The position numbers and the translations under genes were made by a program. Positions 60,961-64,000 of a stretch of DNA of 64,000 nt are shown piece by piece. Origin of the DNA: Anaeromyxobacteraceae bacterium (lineage in GTDB: Bacteria; Myxococcota; Myxococcia; Myxococcales; Anaeromyxobacteraceae); NCBI GenBank assembly GCA_047602405.1, contig JASGHJ010000002.1, positions 3,424,001-3,488,000 of the forward strand. Direction: 5' to 3'. The notes beneath the pieces were generated by a model. That model ran no database searches and was not told where the DNA came from. It saw only the letters and a list, made by a program, of their open reading frames with translations. Position 1 is the first letter of the stretch; every line of letters begins with the position of its first letter.

Positions 60961-62028
60961 ATGAAGCACCTCCCCCTCGTCGTGCCCGCCGTCGGGCTCG
61001 CCCTCCTTGTGGGGGGTGCCTTCCTGCCCTCGCATGGCCTCCTCGACCTTCTCCGTGGGGTCGTGCTCGTGGCCGCGGTGCTCGCGGCCGTGCACCACGC
61101 GGAGGTCGTCGCCCACCGCGTGGGCGAGCCGTTCGGCACGCTCGTGCTCGCCCTCGCGGTCACGGTCATCGAGGTGGCCCTGGTCGTCTCGATGATGCTC
61201 GCCGCGGGTCCCGAGAAGGCCGCGCTCGCCCGCGACACGATCTTCTCGACGGTGATGATCATCGCGAACGGGGTGATCGGCCTCTGCGTCCTCGTCGGCG
61301 GCCTGCGTCATCGTGAGCAGAGCTTCAAGGTGGAGGGCATGGGGCCGGCGTTCGCGTCCCTCGTGACGCTCGCCACCCTGGTGCTCGTGCTCCCGACCTT
61401 CACGCAGTCGGCGCCTGGCCCCGTGTACTCGCACAGCCAGCTCGTCTTCGCCGGGCTCGCGTCGCTGACGCTCTGGGGCGTCGTCACCTTCGCCCAGACG
61501 GTGCGGCATCGCGACTACTTCCTCCCGCCGGGCGGCGTCCTCGCCGACGACATCCACGCGGAGCCCCCGTCCGCGAGGCGGGCGCTCCTCTCGCTCGCCC
61601 TGCTCTTCGTCTCGCTCGTGTCGGTCGTCGGGCTCGCGAAGGTGCTCTCGCCTCGCGTCGAGGAAGCCGTCGCGGCGGCCGGCGCGCCGGAGTCGGTCAT
61701 CGGCATCGCCATCGCGCTCGTGGTGCTCCTGCCGGAGACGGTCGCCGCGGTGCGGGCGGCGCGGGCGGATCGCCTCCAAACCAGCCTCAACCTCGCGCTC
61801 GGCTCGGCGCTCGCGACCATCGGCCTGACCATCCCGGTCGTCGTGGCGGCCTCGCTCGTCATCGGCTTCCCGCTCGTACTCGGGCTCGAGGGGAAGGACC
61901 TCGTCCTCCTGCTCCTCACCGCGGTGGTGGGTGCGGTAACGCTCGGTCCGGGCCGGACCAGCATCCTCCAAGGCGCGATCCACCTTGTGGTGTTCGCGGC
62001 CTTCCTGTTCCTGGCGCTCGTACCGTAG
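60961..62028 (+). CDS. chaA: CaCA-family Ca2+(Na+)/H+ antiporter (ChaA-like)
   Basis: HHAEVVAHRVGEPFGTLVL..VIE, LLPE, QTSLNLALGSALATIGLTIP. Confidence 0.85.
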   Translation: MKHLPLVVPAVGLALLVGGAFLPSHGLLDLLRGVVLVAAVLAAVHHAEVVAHRVGEPFGTLVLALAVTVIEVALVVSMMLAAGPEKAALARDTIFSTVMIIANGVIGLCVLVGGLRHREQSFKVEGMGPAFASLVTLATLVLVLPTFTQSAPGPVYSHSQLVFAGLASLTLWGVVTFAQTVRHRDYFLPPGGVLADDIHAEPPSARRALLSLALLFVSLVSVVGLAKVLSPRVEEAVAAAGAPESVIGIAIALVVLLPETVAAVRAARADRLQTSLNLALGSALATIGLTIPVVVAASLVIGFPLVLGLEGKDLVLLLLTAVVGAVTLGPGRTSILQGAIHLVVFAAFLFLALVP

Positions 62029-62052
62029 CGGGCCGTACCAGCGAAGCGACGG

Positions 62053-62133
62053 CGACGGCGGTCCATCCCGGAGTCACGGCGGACGGTCCGACGGCGGTCC
62101 ATCCCGGAGTCACGGCGGACGGTCCCGGAGTAC
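62053..62133 (+). repeat. GAGT-core repeat cluster 4 (perfect 36-bp tandem duplication), directly upstream of the RAYT gene
   Basis: CGACGGCGGTCCATCCCGGAGTCACGGCGGACGGTC x2 (62053-62124), then a third core GTCCCGGAGTAC. Confidence 0.85.
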
Positions 62134-62223
62134 CGCCGATCGGCCGGTGGTCCGCGGCGCGGACCCTCCGCGATCAGCCCGAATACGTGATCACGCAGGC
62201 TTACGCCCGGCACGGCTCCTGCG

Positions 62224-63129
62224 ATGCAGCGCCGTATGACCGCTCCCCGCCAGGTGCTCCAGGGCAAGACTTCACTCGTCACCCGCCGCACGGCCAGACA
62301 GGAATTCCTCCTCAAGCCGGCCAAGTACACCAGCGCACTCTTCGGCTATCTGCTCGCCGTCGCGTCCTCACGCTATGGGCTCGACGTCCACGCCTTCGTG
62401 GTGATGTCCAACCATTACCACCTCGTCGTCACCGACCATCACGCGCGGTTACCGCTCTTCTGCCAGTACCTCGACGGCCTGTGCGCGAGAGCGATGAACG
62501 TGGAGTGGGGCCGGTCGGAGGACTTCTGGGGGCCCCCGACCTTCAGCGACGTCACGCTCGTCACAAAGGAAGCGGTCCTCGCGAAGGTGCTCTACACGCT
62601 CACCAACCCCGTGGAGGCCGAGCTCGTTGCGAAGGGCAGCGAGTGGCCCGGGCTCTGGTCGAGCCCCGAGCTCATCGGCGCCGGCACGCTCACCTTCGAG
62701 CGTCCGGAGGGCTTCTTCGACCCCAAGGGCGTGATGCCAGAGCAGGCGTTCCTCACCCTCAAGACACCGTCCGGTTACACGAGGGAAGACTTCCACAGGC
62801 TGCTCACCGCGCAGCTCACCTCCTTCGAGGCGGACATGGCCAAAGCGCTCGAGCATCTCGGCCGCCGGGTCCTCGGGGTGAAGAAGGTCCTGAAGCAGCG
62901 CCACACCGACCGGCCGGCGGCCCGGGCGCAGCGCAGCGAGCTCAAGCCGCGCATCGCCACGCGGGACAAGTGGAGGCGGATCGAGGCGCTCGGGCGGCTG
63001 AAGGCGTTCCTCGAGGAGTATCAGGAGGCCATCACCCGGTACCGGGGCGGAGCGCACGACACGCGCTTCCCGGCCGGCACGTACTGGATGCGCGTCTGCT
63101 TCGGCGTGGCGTGCGCCGGGTCCGGGTAG
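62224..63129 (+). mobile_element. RAYT-type HUH/Y1 transposase (IS200/IS605 superfamily), long form
   Basis: VTRRT...FLL, VVMSNHYHLVV (HUH), FW, LYTLTNPVEAELV...WPG (catalytic Tyr + NPV). Start could be 62224 or 62236. Confidence 0.85.
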
Positions 63130-63154
63130 AAGGCCCGAGCGCGTCCGGTTCGGT

Positions 63155-64000
63155 TCAGCCCGGTAGCCGCACGGTCACCGTCGTCCCCTTCCCGACCTCG
63201 CTCGTGACGCTCACCTCGCCGCCGTGCGCGTCGACGATGCGCTTCACGAGCGCGAGCCCGAGCCCCGTCCCGCCGGTACCGCGCTGACGGCTGCGGTCGG
63301 TCCGGAAGAAGGGCGTGAAGAGGCGCGGCAAGTCCGCTGCCTCGATCCCGATACCCCGGTCCTGCACCTCGAGCACGGCGGTGCCGCCTTCGACGCGCAC
63401 CCGCACCGTGATCGGCGCGGGCGCTTCGGAGTACTTCCCAGCATTGTCGACGAGGTTCGCGACCAGCCGCCGCAGCAGCGCGGCGTCGCCCTGGACCGCG
63501 ACCCCTGCGCCCCGACTCTCGGATGGCACGGTGGAACTCTGGGACGGACCTGCGTCGGGGAGACTCTGGGACGGGCTGGGGAGACTCCCGGACGGGGTGA
63601 TGAGCTCGACCACCCGGGCGGGGTGTGCCTCCCCCCACCGCCCCGCCGCCTCCCTCGCCACCACCTCGAGATCCACCGGGGCGCGCTGGATCGGCCACCG
63701 CGAACCCTGGCCGCTCGCGGCCTCCAGGTTCGCCATGTCGAGCCGCGCGGCGGCGAGGACGTCCTCGACCAGCCGGTCCAGCTCGTCGAGGTCGGCCCCG
63801 ATGCCGGCGAGGTGCCGCCGCGCCTTCTCGAGGTCCCCCTCCGCCGCGAGCTCGAGCGCCACCCGGATGCGCGCCATGGGGGTCCTCAGCTCGTGCGACA
63901 CGTTCGCGAGCAGCTCCTGCTCCGACCGCACCAGCCGCTCGAGCCGCGCCGCGGCCTCGTCGAACGTCCGCCCGAGCTCGCCCACCTCGCCCCGGCCGCG
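63155..64000 (-). CDS. HAMP-domain sensor histidine kinase, 5'-truncated
   Basis: VSHELRTP, NLVDNAGKY, DRGIG, GTGLGL; frame is open to the window end. Confidence 0.9.
   Translation of the reverse strand, partial: RGRGEVGELGRTFDEAAARLERLVRSEQELLANVSHELRTPMARIRVALELAAEGDLEKARRHLAGIGADLDELDRLVEDVLAAARLDMANLEAASGQGSRWPIQRAPVDLEVVAREAAGRWGEAHPARVVELITPSGSLPSPSQSLPDAGPSQSSTVPSESRGAGVAVQGDAALLRRLVANLVDNAGKYSEAPAPITVRVRVEGGTAVLEVQDRGIGIEAADLPRLFTPFFRTDRSRQRGTGGTGLGLALVKRIVDAHGGEVSVTSEVGKGTTVTVRLPG
63509..63595 (-). repeat. GAGT-core repeat cluster 5, in frame inside the histidine kinase
   Basis: Minus strand CCGTCCGGGAGT, CCGTCCCAGAGT x2, CCATCCGAGAGT. Confidence 0.8.

Noticed and set aside
57483..62133. 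Repeat clusters as CRISPR arrays
   Set aside because: Period is only ~21 bp, units are degenerate with no 30-40 bp unique spacers, and no cas genes are present.

Overview
Very GC-rich (roughly 72-75% by eye) bacterial chromosomal segment with Myxococcota hallmarks: a MYXO-CTERM-like motif, a Myxococcales-type sigma factor and Cys-rich surface proteins. An Anaeromyxobacter-like source is my inference. About 65 CDS are supportable. They include a 5'-truncated adhesin/beta-barrel/OmpA fusion, a GMP reductase, a LuxR regulator with tandem HtrA proteases, a sigma/hydrolase/ZAS-kinase cluster, two VapC-type TA pairs, a complete Rrf2-sufBCDSUT operon, recQ, two ABC systems, a TolC/histidine kinase/sigma54-activator locus, pruA, a Cys-rich HYR lipoprotein, a CaCA antiporter, a RAYT-type HUH/Y1 transposase and a 5'-truncated histidine kinase. 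I saw no rRNA, tRNA or CRISPR array. Most notable: (1) a short, mostly non-palindromic repeat family (core CCGTCCCRGAGT, ~21-bp period) fills four intergenic gaps left of the RAYT gene and sits in frame inside the kinase to its right; (2) at least 8 single-base frameshifts, 7 of them in only two contexts (GATC and AGCTCTTC), probably methylation-linked long-read errors rather than pseudogenes; (3) an internal MYXO-CTERM plus second signal peptide suggesting a processed polyprotein; (4) several readable operators and promoters (lux-box-like palindrome, divergent sigma54 promoters, suf and TA operators). All product calls come from motif recognition by eye; no database searches were run.
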